A program made the translations under genes and the position numbers. Source: a virus (Duplodnaviria; Caudoviricetes). Taken from it: DNA of 60,550 bases. The stretch covers positions 1 through 60,550 of the IMG/VR virus record IMGVR_UViG_3300042509_001483. One strand, given 5' to 3'. Below the pieces are notes generated by a model. It had not been told where the DNA came from. It was given only the letters and a program-made list of their open reading frames with translations, and did no database searches. Below, piece by piece: positions 39,173-47,212 of the stretch (the stretch's first letter is position 1; every line of letters starts with the position of its first letter).

Positions 39173-39379
39173 ATGAACCCTAAAAACCGGGCAGAACGCG
39201 TTGTTGCGTTAGATGCAATTACCCAAGAAGCTGAAAAGTTAGCAGCAGGTGGTGCTGATCCCCTTACCGTCAAGAGTTTTACGGTTGGTGCCAGGAAAGA
39301 ACTAGCCGATCAACGGCCAGATGTGGAAAATTACTTTGATGCAGCCGTTGCAGCAAAGAAAGCAAAGAACAGTTTTTGA
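39173..39379 (+). CDS. Hypothetical protein
   Basis: ORF track; followed by a terminator. Confidence 0.6.
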   Translation: MNPKNRAERVVALDAITQEAEKLAAGGADPLTVKSFTVGARKELADQRPDVENYFDAAVAAKKAKNSF

Positions 39380-39411
39380 TTTTAGGTAAAACAAAAGTAA
39401 ATTTACACACA

Positions 39412-39437
39412 GCCGGGGATAATACCCCGGCATTTTT
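39412..39437 (+). terminator. Intrinsic terminator
   Basis: gccgggg-ataata-ccccggc-attttt. Confidence 0.75.
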
Positions 39438-39670
39438 GTCTGTAAATTAGGGTAAAACCTTAGATACCACGACACTTTTTAGGTTTTGGTACGTTGTGAT
39501 ACAAAAGAAGGCCCCCTATAGGGTCAAAAAAGGATAAAAAATTATCTGAGCCTTCTCCAACACCCCACGCGTAGTGAATTGCGTATAGAAAAAAAGAAAG
39601 GTGTGATGGGTATATAAGTTATCGGGGGCTGCGCATCCGTATCACGCAGAGTACCATCGCGTTTAGTTCA

Positions 39671-39982
39671 ATGGCAACAGTGATTGCAACGATTTCAGCT
39701 GAAGAGCTTGACTATCGTATTGAGATGTCAGCTTACAACTTGATTGAAGGCAAGAAGCTTTGGTTAGCGCCAGGTTTCTTCCGTGCTGCTGGCATTACGC
39801 CGAAGGAGTTTATGAATAAGATGCTCCAGCAGTTGTATCAGGAAGAGCTAGAGCTAGCACAAGCTGAGCTTTACGCTAACAGCTACGATCAAGGTTACGT
39901 GAACATCCGCCAATGGCGGGTGATGATAACACGAAAGCCTGAAGATCTTAGCTTCGTTGTTACAGCAACTTGCATTGATTGA
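39671..39982 (+). CDS. Hypothetical early protein
   Basis: First ORF after the AT-rich strand-switch gap. Confidence 0.6.
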   Translation: MATVIATISAEELDYRIEMSAYNLIEGKKLWLAPGFFRAAGITPKEFMNKMLQQLYQEELELAQAELYANSYDQGYVNIRQWRVMITRKPEDLSFVVTATCID

Positions 39983-40229
39983 CGGTTATCTCTTCCCCTG
40001 GGCGACCAGGGGTTTATATAGCCCTCTTTCTGATACGAATTCGTATCGCGCGTGCGGGTTTTAGGCTTTCCGCGGCACCGATTCGCCAAGAATCGTTCTC
40101 GCGCAAGGGATCTCAGCGATTGCTCGTCAAGCTGGACGTTAAACGCAGCAGACAACTCGGCGGTTGGTCACGACCTTGGCATCCACACTTCAGTGGTGTA
40201 AGCCCAATCTCACCCTACGGAGTAACACC

Positions 40230-40391
40230 GTGACCATCAACCCCACCAAGCTGCTCTCTCGCGAAGAGGTTGGCGACAAGATCATGCTCGAGATCCTTGA
40301 TCTCCTTGAGCATGGTCATAGCCAGACTCTTGGAGCGCAGCACCTCCAGGTCATCAAGTCCTACGTGGACGAGATGCTGGAGAACAACTGA
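40230..40391 (+). CDS. Hypothetical early protein
   Basis: GGAG then GTG at 40230 (MTINPTKLLSREEV...). Confidence 0.6.
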   Translation: MTINPTKLLSREEVGDKIMLEILDLLEHGHSQTLGAQHLQVIKSYVDEMLENN

Positions 40392-40697
40392 TCCGTTAAA
40401 GCGGGTGACCAGGTGCAAACCCTGGTCCAGTTATTGCCACCCATTGAAGGTGGCTTATACAACACCATGACTATTCAACAAGAGACAGTAAGCACTACGT
40501 ACGCAGAACTGCGTAAGTACTTTACTGAACAAGAGTTAGATGACGCTGCTGTTATTGCGCGTCATTTACAACACCATGAAGAACACTTGAACTATGCAGA
40601 GATCTACATCCAAGTCTTGCTTGAGATGAGAAGCTGATCCGTCAAAGCGGGAGGCAGGGTGCAAACCCCTGCCCAGTTATTGCCACAACTCAGTGGC
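40386..40697 (+). repeat. Family B: two T-loop three-way-junction elements (40386-40454 and 40632-40697)
   Basis: ARCTGATCCGTYAAAGCGGG-[7 bp stem, loop TGCAAAC]-CAGTTATTGCCAC...GTGGC with compensatory stem changes. Confidence 0.8.
40467..40637 (+). CDS. Hypothetical early protein
   Basis: ATG at 40467 after element B. Confidence 0.6.
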   Translation: MTIQQETVSTTYAELRKYFTEQELDDAAVIARHLQHHEEHLNYAEIYIQVLLEMRS

Positions 40698-40718
40698 ATT
40701 CACCTACACCACACCACC

Positions 40719-40907
40719 GTGATCAAAGGCGAATCCGTATTTGCATCCATCATCGTTACTGCATTTGGGCTAGGCATCCTTGCTGGCCCAGTCGCTGGGT
40801 ACTTCATTGATCGGGCAACTGCCGAGCAGTGTCGTACGCATGACTGGCCTAAGGAGGCTAACCAAGTGCATCGTGATTGGTGCATTACCAACGGCTACAA
40901 GATCTAA
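40719..40907 (+). CDS. Small membrane protein
   Basis: GTG at 40719; TM helix then QCRTHDWP..HRDWC. Confidence 0.6.
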   Translation: MIKGESVFASIIVTAFGLGILAGPVAGYFIDRATAEQCRTHDWPKEANQVHRDWCITNGYKI

Positions 40908-40981
40908 CAGACTCCTGCTCTGGGGACTACGGTCCCCTCAACAGGACTCAACATCCTGTATCCCACTACTAACTCAACACT

Positions 40982-41215
40982 ATGTTGATTTACCAGCCTG
41001 AGTTCGATAGACTCCATCGCGTCATCTGGAATGGAGGTGAAAGCTCTATGCTTCACTTCCAGAAACTGAAAGATGGCGAATGGAAGTACCTCGACACGAT
41101 GTCATTCATGTCAGGGATACCGACAGGTACCAAGGAGTTATACGACGAGATGCGCGAGTACTACAACTACTCTATGACCATGATTCAAGACATTATGTAT
41201 GCGATAGCATTCTGA
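40982..41215 (+). CDS. Hypothetical early protein
   Basis: ORF between structured elements. Confidence 0.65.
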   Translation: MLIYQPEFDRLHRVIWNGGESSMLHFQKLKDGEWKYLDTMSFMSGIPTGTKELYDEMREYYNYSMTMIQDIMYAIAF

Positions 41216-41309
41216 CTCCTGCACTTAACCCTTTCGTTGTGGTATGTATGTACTACGACGGTAGGTTTTCTGCAGGCAATCAAGCCTGCTATTCAACTCA
41301 ACTCAGCTC

Positions 41310-41498
41310 ATGACTGCACTCAACATCCGCAAGAACATTGCTGCTGCACTGTTTAACACAGCGGCAGCTATCGACAATGCCAAGCTTCCTACCAAGGAAG
41401 ATATCGGTACTAAGGTGAATGAGTATCGTCTGCGTGCAGCGGCACTCATGATGCCGAACGATATGGCATTTGTCATCACTCCTAAGCAAGGCAACTGA
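41310..41498 (+). CDS. Hypothetical early protein
   Basis: CAACTCAACTCAGCTC leader. Confidence 0.65.
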   Translation: MTALNIRKNIAAALFNTAAAIDNAKLPTKEDIGTKVNEYRLRAAALMMPNDMAFVITPKQGN

Positions 41499-41500
41499 TC

Positions 41501-41704
41501 ATGCAACGTAATTACTTTTCTGACGCCTGTGTTGCTATCGTTTGTGGGACTGGTCTTGGCTTACTCTTATCTGTTGGAGCGCAGAAAGTTCTCAACAGGC
41601 ACTACAAGGCCACGTGCCACAACCAACCAGGACATAACCTGATCTACACCAAGTCTTTCCTTGGTGATACGTACTACTGCATCGATGCAAAGTACATGAA
41701 CTGA
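41501..41704 (+). CDS. Small membrane protein
   Basis: N-terminal TM helix and a Cys pair. Confidence 0.6.
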   Translation: MQRNYFSDACVAIVCGTGLGLLLSVGAQKVLNRHYKATCHNQPGHNLIYTKSFLGDTYYCIDAKYMN

Positions 41705-41808
41705 TCTCTGCACTTAACCTTTCCGTCTTGATACGAATTCATATCGGACGGTAGGTTTTCTGCAGGGTTCTCCCTGCATACACCACACGACACCACCAGG
41801 ACTCAACC

Positions 41809-42054
41809 ATGACTCCTAAAGCTGTTGAACATCTCCTGACCCAAGACGCTCGTCTGCTCGCCAGGAGAGATGCCCCTTGCATCGACCAAGAACTTGAGGC
41901 GCAGCGTCAAGCTGCTCTCGAGTTGTTCTTCGAGTGGCAAGACGGTATGCGTCAATTCCAAGACCTTGTTCCCTTCGTTGCCATCGTGCAGCGTAAAGTA
42001 GATCTCAACCGGGATCTGCTGCGGTGGGAACGCAAGCAACTGGAACAAGACTGA
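41809..42054 (+). CDS. Hypothetical early protein
   Basis: ORF between structured elements. Confidence 0.65.
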   Translation: MTPKAVEHLLTQDARLLARRDAPCIDQELEAQRQAALELFFEWQDGMRQFQDLVPFVAIVQRKVDLNRDLLRWERKQLEQD

Positions 42055-42126
42055 CGACTACACTGAGGGGCTTCGGCCCTTCTCTGTAGTCCTCAACGAG
42101 GGCTACTACACCATTGCTACTACACT

Positions 42127-42399
42127 ATGGCTATTAGCATTGACCACCACGACATCACGCAGGCATTACAAGAGTTCAAACTTGAGGTGACTGACTATTA
42201 CCTCGAGTTTACTGACCAGTGCATTTATATGTACTGGGTTGCATGCCCCAGTGATATTGAAGAGTATTTAGCAAAAGGTGACTGGGCGTGTCTTGACTTC
42301 CAGATCAAAGGTACATGGAAGTCTGCTGAAGAGCTGTTCGCAGAACCTTTTACAGAACGTCCTTTCACTAACTGCCGTTACATCCTCGCCACTAACTGA
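42127..42399 (+). CDS. Hypothetical early protein
   Basis: ORF track. Confidence 0.6.
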   Translation: MAISIDHHDITQALQEFKLEVTDYYLEFTDQCIYMYWVACPSDIEEYLAKGDWACLDFQIKGTWKSAEELFAEPFTERPFTNCRYILATN

Positions 42400-42400
42400 A

Positions 42401-42613
42401 ATGAAGACTATTTATTCCATGGGAAGAGGCAAGTACATCACACTTGACTCCTATCATTCTTACGGTGAGTCTCATGAGAATCGCCGTTGGTCAGTGTGCA
42501 TTGCCCTCTTCTCCATCATCATCGCCACCATCAGTGCTACAGCACTTCTTGGCGTTGATATCACACAAGTCAATCCTCAACCTACCAAGGAGCAAATCAA
42601 TGCGACTCGATGA
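42401..42613 (+). CDS. Small membrane protein
   Basis: ATG at 42401; one TM helix. Confidence 0.55.
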   Translation: MKTIYSMGRGKYITLDSYHSYGESHENRRWSVCIALFSIIIATISATALLGVDITQVNPQPTKEQINATR

Positions 42614-42947
42614 ACACACACAAGTGCTTGAGGCACGAATCGATGGCTTGCTCAACAAGATCATCGAGAAGTACACCAAGCAATACGGCTATAACGACTT
42701 GGCCTTTGACATTGTTAAAGGCACCAAGTACTACAAGATTATCCAACGATCCATCAAACGAACGAATCTAGGTGGTGATGGTGGCTTTGTCCATGCATTC
42801 ATCCACCGTCAATCAGGTGCTGTCCACAAGCCTGCGTCGTGGAAAGCACCGGCCAAGCATGTGAGATACAATCTGCTTGACGAAGCATCGTATGAGACCT
42901 GTCTCCATAATGCTGACTGTCATGGCGGCTATCTCTACATGAAGTAA
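42600..42947 (+). CDS. Conserved phage early protein
   Basis: AAGGAG RBS; GTKYYKI...VHAFI....G.VHKPASWKAPAKHVRYNL motif widespread in aquatic phages. Confidence 0.75.
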   Translation: MRLDEHTQVLEARIDGLLNKIIEKYTKQYGYNDLAFDIVKGTKYYKIIQRSIKRTNLGGDGGFVHAFIHRQSGAVHKPASWKAPAKHVRYNLLDEASYETCLHNADCHGGYLYMK

Positions 42948-43036
42948 CGTCAATCAACTGGGCAGTTGCGATTGATTCTCAATATCAATTGCAACATAAG
43001 TCCCAGTCCTATCTCAAACACCACAGCAACCAATCA

Positions 43037-43411
43037 ATGCGTACTCGAATCTCAATCGTCAAAGAAGATAGGATCTGGAACCTTAGGTGCCAGGGCTATC
43101 GCTATGACTCCATTGCACAAATCGTTAATTGCAAACCGGTATCCATTACACAAGTCATTAGACGTGTACGTAATCGTCCTCCGTACGAGCAAGATCCTGT
43201 GCGTCGTGGAAGATTTAATTCTTTCTTGAGCGATGCACAGATAGAAGATATTCGTACCCGTAAAGCACACGGTGTACCTGCTTCCGAACTTGCAGAGGAT
43301 TACTACGTCACTATTGCAGCTATCTATCACATCACTTCATATCGCACTTACAAGAATCCTTGTGGTGACGGTGGTTATCAATTCAATTTCAATAACCGTT
43401 TAATGGCCTAA
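43037..43411 (+). CDS. Double HTH DNA-binding protein
   Basis: QGYRYDSIAQIV..SITQVI and LSDAQIEDIR..GVPASELAEDY.VT..AIYHI. Confidence 0.65.
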   Translation: MRTRISIVKEDRIWNLRCQGYRYDSIAQIVNCKPVSITQVIRRVRNRPPYEQDPVRRGRFNSFLSDAQIEDIRTRKAHGVPASELAEDYYVTIAAIYHITSYRTYKNPCGDGGYQFNFNNRLMA

Positions 43412-43478
43412 TCACTGGGCATCCACACTATGTGTGGTGTAAGTCCCATGTTCAATTTTCCACTTACCTCAACTCAAC

Positions 43479-43703
43479 ATGGGCGCACTAATGGATCAGA
43501 CTGAAGACAACAAGCGGTATCACCTCATCATCAACGTTGATGAGAAGTATGCCATCGTCAACGCACTAGCCTTCTATCATGCACATCACACCTTGGGTGC
43601 ACTGATGGATGAGGATGAGCGTGAACAATACATGCTCGCATTCCAAGAAGATGGTCCAACTCTTGTTGATTCTTTAGCAACAAGAGTGGCCAATACCTTC
43701 TGA
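43479..43703 (+). CDS. Hypothetical early protein
   Basis: CTCAACTCAAC leader. Confidence 0.6.
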   Translation: MGALMDQTEDNKRYHLIINVDEKYAIVNALAFYHAHHTLGALMDEDEREQYMLAFQEDGPTLVDSLATRVANTF

Positions 43704-43776
43704 TCCCTGGGCAGCACCGACGTAAGTATGGTGTGTAAGTCCCAGGGTTTATTGTCCATTCACTTCAACTCAAGTA

Positions 43777-43914
43777 ATGCCTGAACTCGATCCCAACTAC
43801 AACGCTGATTTGCTTGACGCCATGGCTGATCTTGCGTACCAGCAAGAACAAGCCATGCGTGAAGAATATGAACTCAACCCACCTGAACTGGAGACCTACG
43901 ATGACCAAGCCTAA
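43777..43914 (+). CDS. Small acidic protein (45 aa)
   Basis: MPELDPNYNADLLDAMADLAYQQEQAMREEYELNPPELETYDDQA after element A. Confidence 0.6.
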   Translation: MPELDPNYNADLLDAMADLAYQQEQAMREEYELNPPELETYDDQA

Positions 43915-44389
43915 GTACACACTGCGTCAAGCATGGGATGACGGTGACATCATTGTCATCCTGATCGCAATCATTTCAATCATCATCACAGAGTTTGCAT
44001 CATGTCTTACATCTCAGAACTCAAGAAGTTCTACCCCAAGTCCTACAAAGCACGCTTTGCAATCAATGCCTACAACGTGCACAAGTACTTTGAGCACAAA
44101 GACCCAACGGTCGTCACGGTCCACGAAACCTATCTCAGGTACGGCGGACCCGAAGAAGGGGGTTGGGATTGGATTCAAGGATACCCAATCCTTACCCATT
44201 GCATCTTCTCCAAGAAGCAAGCAATCCAAACCTACATCCACTACTTTGAAGAGTACGAAATCGAAGAGCAAGCAAGCCTCAGCATCTCAACAACGTTCTC
44301 AAACTATGACATCTGCTTTGGTAGTGACTACGCAAAGCTGTACCCTACAGAACGACCTCGATATTGCTGATGAACAAGCCATTGCCTAG
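43901..44389 (+). CDS. TM protein with Ser/Thr/Lys-rich tail, overlapping 44002-44370
   Basis: GGAG then ATG at 43901 (MTKPKYTLRQAWDDGDIIVILIAIISIII...). Confidence 0.4.
   Translation: MTKPKYTLRQAWDDGDIIVILIAIISIIITEFASCLTSQNSRSSTPSPTKHALQSMPTTCTSTLSTKTQRSSRSTKPISGTADPKKGVGIGFKDTQSLPIASSPRSKQSKPTSTTLKSTKSKSKQASASQQRSQTMTSALVVTTQSCTLQNDLDIADEQAIA
44002..44370 (+). CDS. Conserved hypothetical phage protein
   Basis: YGGPEEGGW...YPTERPRYC motif. Confidence 0.7.
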   Translation: MSYISELKKFYPKSYKARFAINAYNVHKYFEHKDPTVVTVHETYLRYGGPEEGGWDWIQGYPILTHCIFSKKQAIQTYIHYFEEYEIEEQASLSISTTFSNYDICFGSDYAKLYPTERPRYC

Positions 44390-44879
44390 CCAGCAAGAAC
44401 TACAAGCTTTGTTTGAATACAGCCCCACTACGGGGCTGTTTACTTACAAAGTCAAGCCTAATTTCAGAATCAAGATTGGTTCTATTGCTGGCACAGTCAA
44501 GAAGACTGGTAAGTGTAAAGGCTATTGCTTTATTAAAATCAATGGCCAATTGTATCAAGCAAGTCGTCTTGCTTGGCTGTATGTATATGGCATTGATCCA
44601 GGGTATTTAACTGTTGATCACATTGACAGAAATCCTTCGAACAATGCAATAAACAATTTAAGACTTGCAACAATGAGTGAACAATCGTTTAACCGCCACT
44701 CAACAAACAAGTTGGGTGTGCGTGGTGTTTACTACAGTGAAAGCAAAGATGTTTATATTGCTCATGTTAATTTCCGAAAAGCTGGTATATGTACTAGCAA
44801 ACAGTTTGCAACAATAGAAGAAGCATCTGAATGGTATGAAGATATGCGTAAACAATATGGTAAACAGTTTGCTTCCTGA
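44364..44879 (+). CDS. HNH homing endonuclease (HNH_3 plus AP2-like C-terminus)
   Basis: YSPTTGLF, ASRLAWLYVYG, VDHIDRNPSNNAINNLRLAT..Q..NR, GVRGV. Confidence 0.9.
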   Translation: MLMNKPLPSQQELQALFEYSPTTGLFTYKVKPNFRIKIGSIAGTVKKTGKCKGYCFIKINGQLYQASRLAWLYVYGIDPGYLTVDHIDRNPSNNAINNLRLATMSEQSFNRHSTNKLGVRGVYYSESKDVYIAHVNFRKAGICTSKQFATIEEASEWYEDMRKQYGKQFAS

Positions 44880-44882
44880 TTC

Positions 44883-45122
44883 ATGACAACTGCAACACCT
44901 GCACTCAGTATCAATCAACGCAATCTCTATGCGTATTACTTGAACCACAAGAAGAAGTATGGGAACACACCATGCTTTGTACCTAAGCTTCCAGCGCAAA
45001 GCTCAAGGCTTGAACAATATCTCCAGGCCTTGGTGCGACTGGAAGAATACGGATTGATACGTGTAGACAGAAGCAGTGATAACTACACAGCATGGATCAT
45101 GCTTGCACCTAAGAATGCATGA
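44883..45122 (+). CDS. Winged-helix-like small protein
   Basis: LSINQRNLY...LQALVRLEEYGLIRV. Confidence 0.55.
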   Translation: MTTATPALSINQRNLYAYYLNHKKKYGNTPCFVPKLPAQSSRLEQYLQALVRLEEYGLIRVDRSSDNYTAWIMLAPKNA

Positions 45123-45258
45123 CGTAGGTATTTATACTTAATATTGTTCGCTATTCGCAAATAGCGAATACATGCCAATACTTCAGTCATAGCTTCAATC
45201 CTGGGCAGCACCGACGTAAGTACAGTGCGTAAGTCCCAGGCTTTACTGTGATATTTCA

Positions 45259-45891
45259 ATGACACAAGTAACAGGCTCAACACGTGCAGCACAAGGTGGT
45301 AAATCTATTTACTGCCCGCATTGCAACAATCGGACAACTGTTTATCACTTCCAGTGGACAGCGCTTCAGTGCAATCACTGTGAAGCAATGGTAAACAAAC
45401 ACGACTGGTATCTTCAACCCGACTTCACATCAACCATGGAACAAACCAAGCAAACTCCAATTGAAAAGCTCAAGCTTTCCACTGGTATTCACAATATACT
45501 CAAGCGCCATCGTCTTGATTATATTGAACAGATCGTGGACATGAAGATGGAAGACTTTATGTCACTGAATCGATGTGGACAAGCTAAAGCTCAAGAAGTT
45601 ATCCTTGCTCTTTCCAAATTCACTACTCAACACATCATGGCTCAAAACGAATACTCCAAACTGCAAGAAGTGGTAGATCTCCTTAAGGCAATCCAAGAAC
45701 GTGAGAGTAAGCGTCATCAAATGGACGAGCACCTCGATCCGCATACAGCAGATGTTGTGCTAGAGGTGATCGGCATGCTTGAAGACGAGATCGACTATGA
45801 TCCAACACCTAACGAACCTGGTGAACCACCTATGACAATGAATGAAATGCACAGTGCTGCATGGAAAGAACACCATGAGATGCATCGGTAA
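45259..45891 (+). CDS. Zn-ribbon plus RNA polymerase alpha-CTD-like domain plus acidic domain
   Basis: CPHC...CNHC; PIEKLKLSTGIHNILKRHRLDYIEQIV..MEDFMSLNRCGQAKAQEVILAL. Confidence 0.75.
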   Translation: MTQVTGSTRAAQGGKSIYCPHCNNRTTVYHFQWTALQCNHCEAMVNKHDWYLQPDFTSTMEQTKQTPIEKLKLSTGIHNILKRHRLDYIEQIVDMKMEDFMSLNRCGQAKAQEVILALSKFTTQHIMAQNEYSKLQEVVDLLKAIQERESKRHQMDEHLDPHTADVVLEVIGMLEDEIDYDPTPNEPGEPPMTMNEMHSAAWKEHHEMHR

Positions 45892-46044
45892 CAGCCAACT
45901 AGGGGGACTAGTACACAAGTACTTCCCCCCTCAAACTCCCCCGTTGGAGCACCAGGGAATCCTTGGATTTATATAAGACATCCTTATGTTCCAATCCTTG
46001 ACTTCTCTGGTAGACTAACATCGTTAATCAACTCATCTCAACTC

Positions 46045-46254
46045 ATGACTGACAACACTCCCCGCATACCAGACTCTATGGATATGCAAAGACTTCAAGC
46101 TATGCAACTTGTTGCCAAGATGAAGGAATCTGCAGAAAGACATGGCATTGGATTCATTGGTGGATTCATCTCACCTAACGGTGAGAAGTTTGTTATGACC
46201 AACATGACAGACGACGATGACATCAATGCACTAATGCCCGAAGATCTTAAATAA
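46045..46254 (+). CDS. Hypothetical protein
   Basis: CTCAACTC leader. Confidence 0.65.
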   Translation: MTDNTPRIPDSMDMQRLQAMQLVAKMKESAERHGIGFIGGFISPNGEKFVMTNMTDDDDINALMPEDLK

Positions 46255-46256
46255 AC

Positions 46257-46451
46257 ATGAAGAAATCACACGTAAGTTTTGACAAAACTATCGCAGGATT
46301 TAATGTTACCGAGCGCGGTGTGCGCTCGTACAGTAAATCAATTAAGCTTGGTCCGCTCCAGGTCACACTTAATGCTCGTGAATCTGGTGTCCGTGGTACG
46401 ATCAGTATCCCAGGCACAGGACTAAGCATTCCAAGTATTAAATTATTCTAA
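46257..46451 (+). CDS. DUF4236-like small protein
   Basis: KSIKLGP...TISIPGTGLS. Confidence 0.55.
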   Translation: MKKSHVSFDKTIAGFNVTERGVRSYSKSIKLGPLQVTLNARESGVRGTISIPGTGLSIPSIKLF

Positions 46452-46511
46452 AGATCCTGGGCATCCTTACGGTGTAAGTCCCAGGTCTTATCCATCAACT
46501 CAACTCAACTC

Positions 46512-46697
46512 ATGTCTGCTTACGTCAACTACCTCAACATGTTTGATCGCATCAATCTTGCTGCCTGCGCAAAGCGCAGAGCAACAGACAATCTATTGGA
46601 TTCAACTCGTTGGGAAGGCGAGTACGACACAGCACGTCTGTGGATGAAGTACCGCCTTATCAAGACCACCACTCATTCCTACATCGACGAAGACTGA
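46512..46697 (+). CDS. Hypothetical protein
   Basis: (CAACT)3 leader after element A. Confidence 0.65.
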   Translation: MSAYVNYLNMFDRINLAACAKRRATDNLLDSTRWEGEYDTARLWMKYRLIKTTTHSYIDED

Positions 46698-46957
46698 TGA
46701 CTGTACTTGCAATCGAAAACATTGTCTTTGGTGATCACAATGCAACAGTTACAGCAGTTGTTGAAGACATGCGCCTGCTCTATCGGGCGACTCGCTTCGA
46801 GCCTGAAGAATGGGCTCCTGCATTGTGTCAAGCAACTATTGAGCTGGATCCAGAGGAACCGATTCCTCTTGACGAAGATGGCTTCTGCAGCTATCTTGAT
46901 CAGCTCGATCCTCACTGGCAACTCGTTGACACCTCTGACTACGCTCTAGATTCATGA
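46697..46957 (+). CDS. Hypothetical acidic protein
   Basis: TGATG coupling; MTVLAIEN... Confidence 0.6.
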   Translation: MTVLAIENIVFGDHNATVTAVVEDMRLLYRATRFEPEEWAPALCQATIELDPEEPIPLDEDGFCSYLDQLDPHWQLVDTSDYALDS

Positions 46958-47157
46958 TTGGTTTTTCAATTGAATTCAAACGCTGGTACTTTGTACTGCG
47001 TGGTCCCAAGGGTCGAGTATACCTGGCGACTGGTTTTGCTAAACGCATGCCAGTCATAACACTGACTGGTGCTTACATGCTAGACCAGTGCATTGGTACA
47101 TGGCCTGGTGATGAGACTGATGAAGAACTTCTTGATCAGTTGAAAGACATCCGTTAA
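46954..47157 (+). CDS. Hypothetical protein
   Basis: ATGA coupling. Confidence 0.55.
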   Translation: MIGFSIEFKRWYFVLRGPKGRVYLATGFAKRMPVITLTGAYMLDQCIGTWPGDETDEELLDQLKDIR

Positions 47158-47212
47158 TCAAACGTCCTGGACATGACGCTAAACTGTCCTTTCCATTTAC
47201 CTACACCACACC

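Larger units (their letters stand above)
40913..42106 (+). repeat. Family C/D: four X-hairpin-X'-loop-X elements (40913-40959, 41218-41289, 41707-41778, 42056-42106)
   Basis: The outer-stem 3' strand has two alternative partners in every copy; 41218 and 41707 share CTGCACTTAACC...ACGGTAGGTTTTCTGCAGG. Confidence 0.75.

Noticed and set aside
39489-39502. GTA-N8-TAC NtcA box in the strand-switch gap
   Set aside because: No -10 at the canonical spacing on either strand; such matches are expected by chance
40386-40454. Family B as a hammerhead ribozyme or a true tRNA
   Set aside because: CTGATCC is not CUGANGA and there is no GAAA core; no anticodon arm or CCA
47163-47189. Family P as a pistol ribozyme
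   Set aside because: It shares the stem-loop, UAAA linker and pseudoknot look of pistol P1 but lacks P2, P3 and the cleavage-site core
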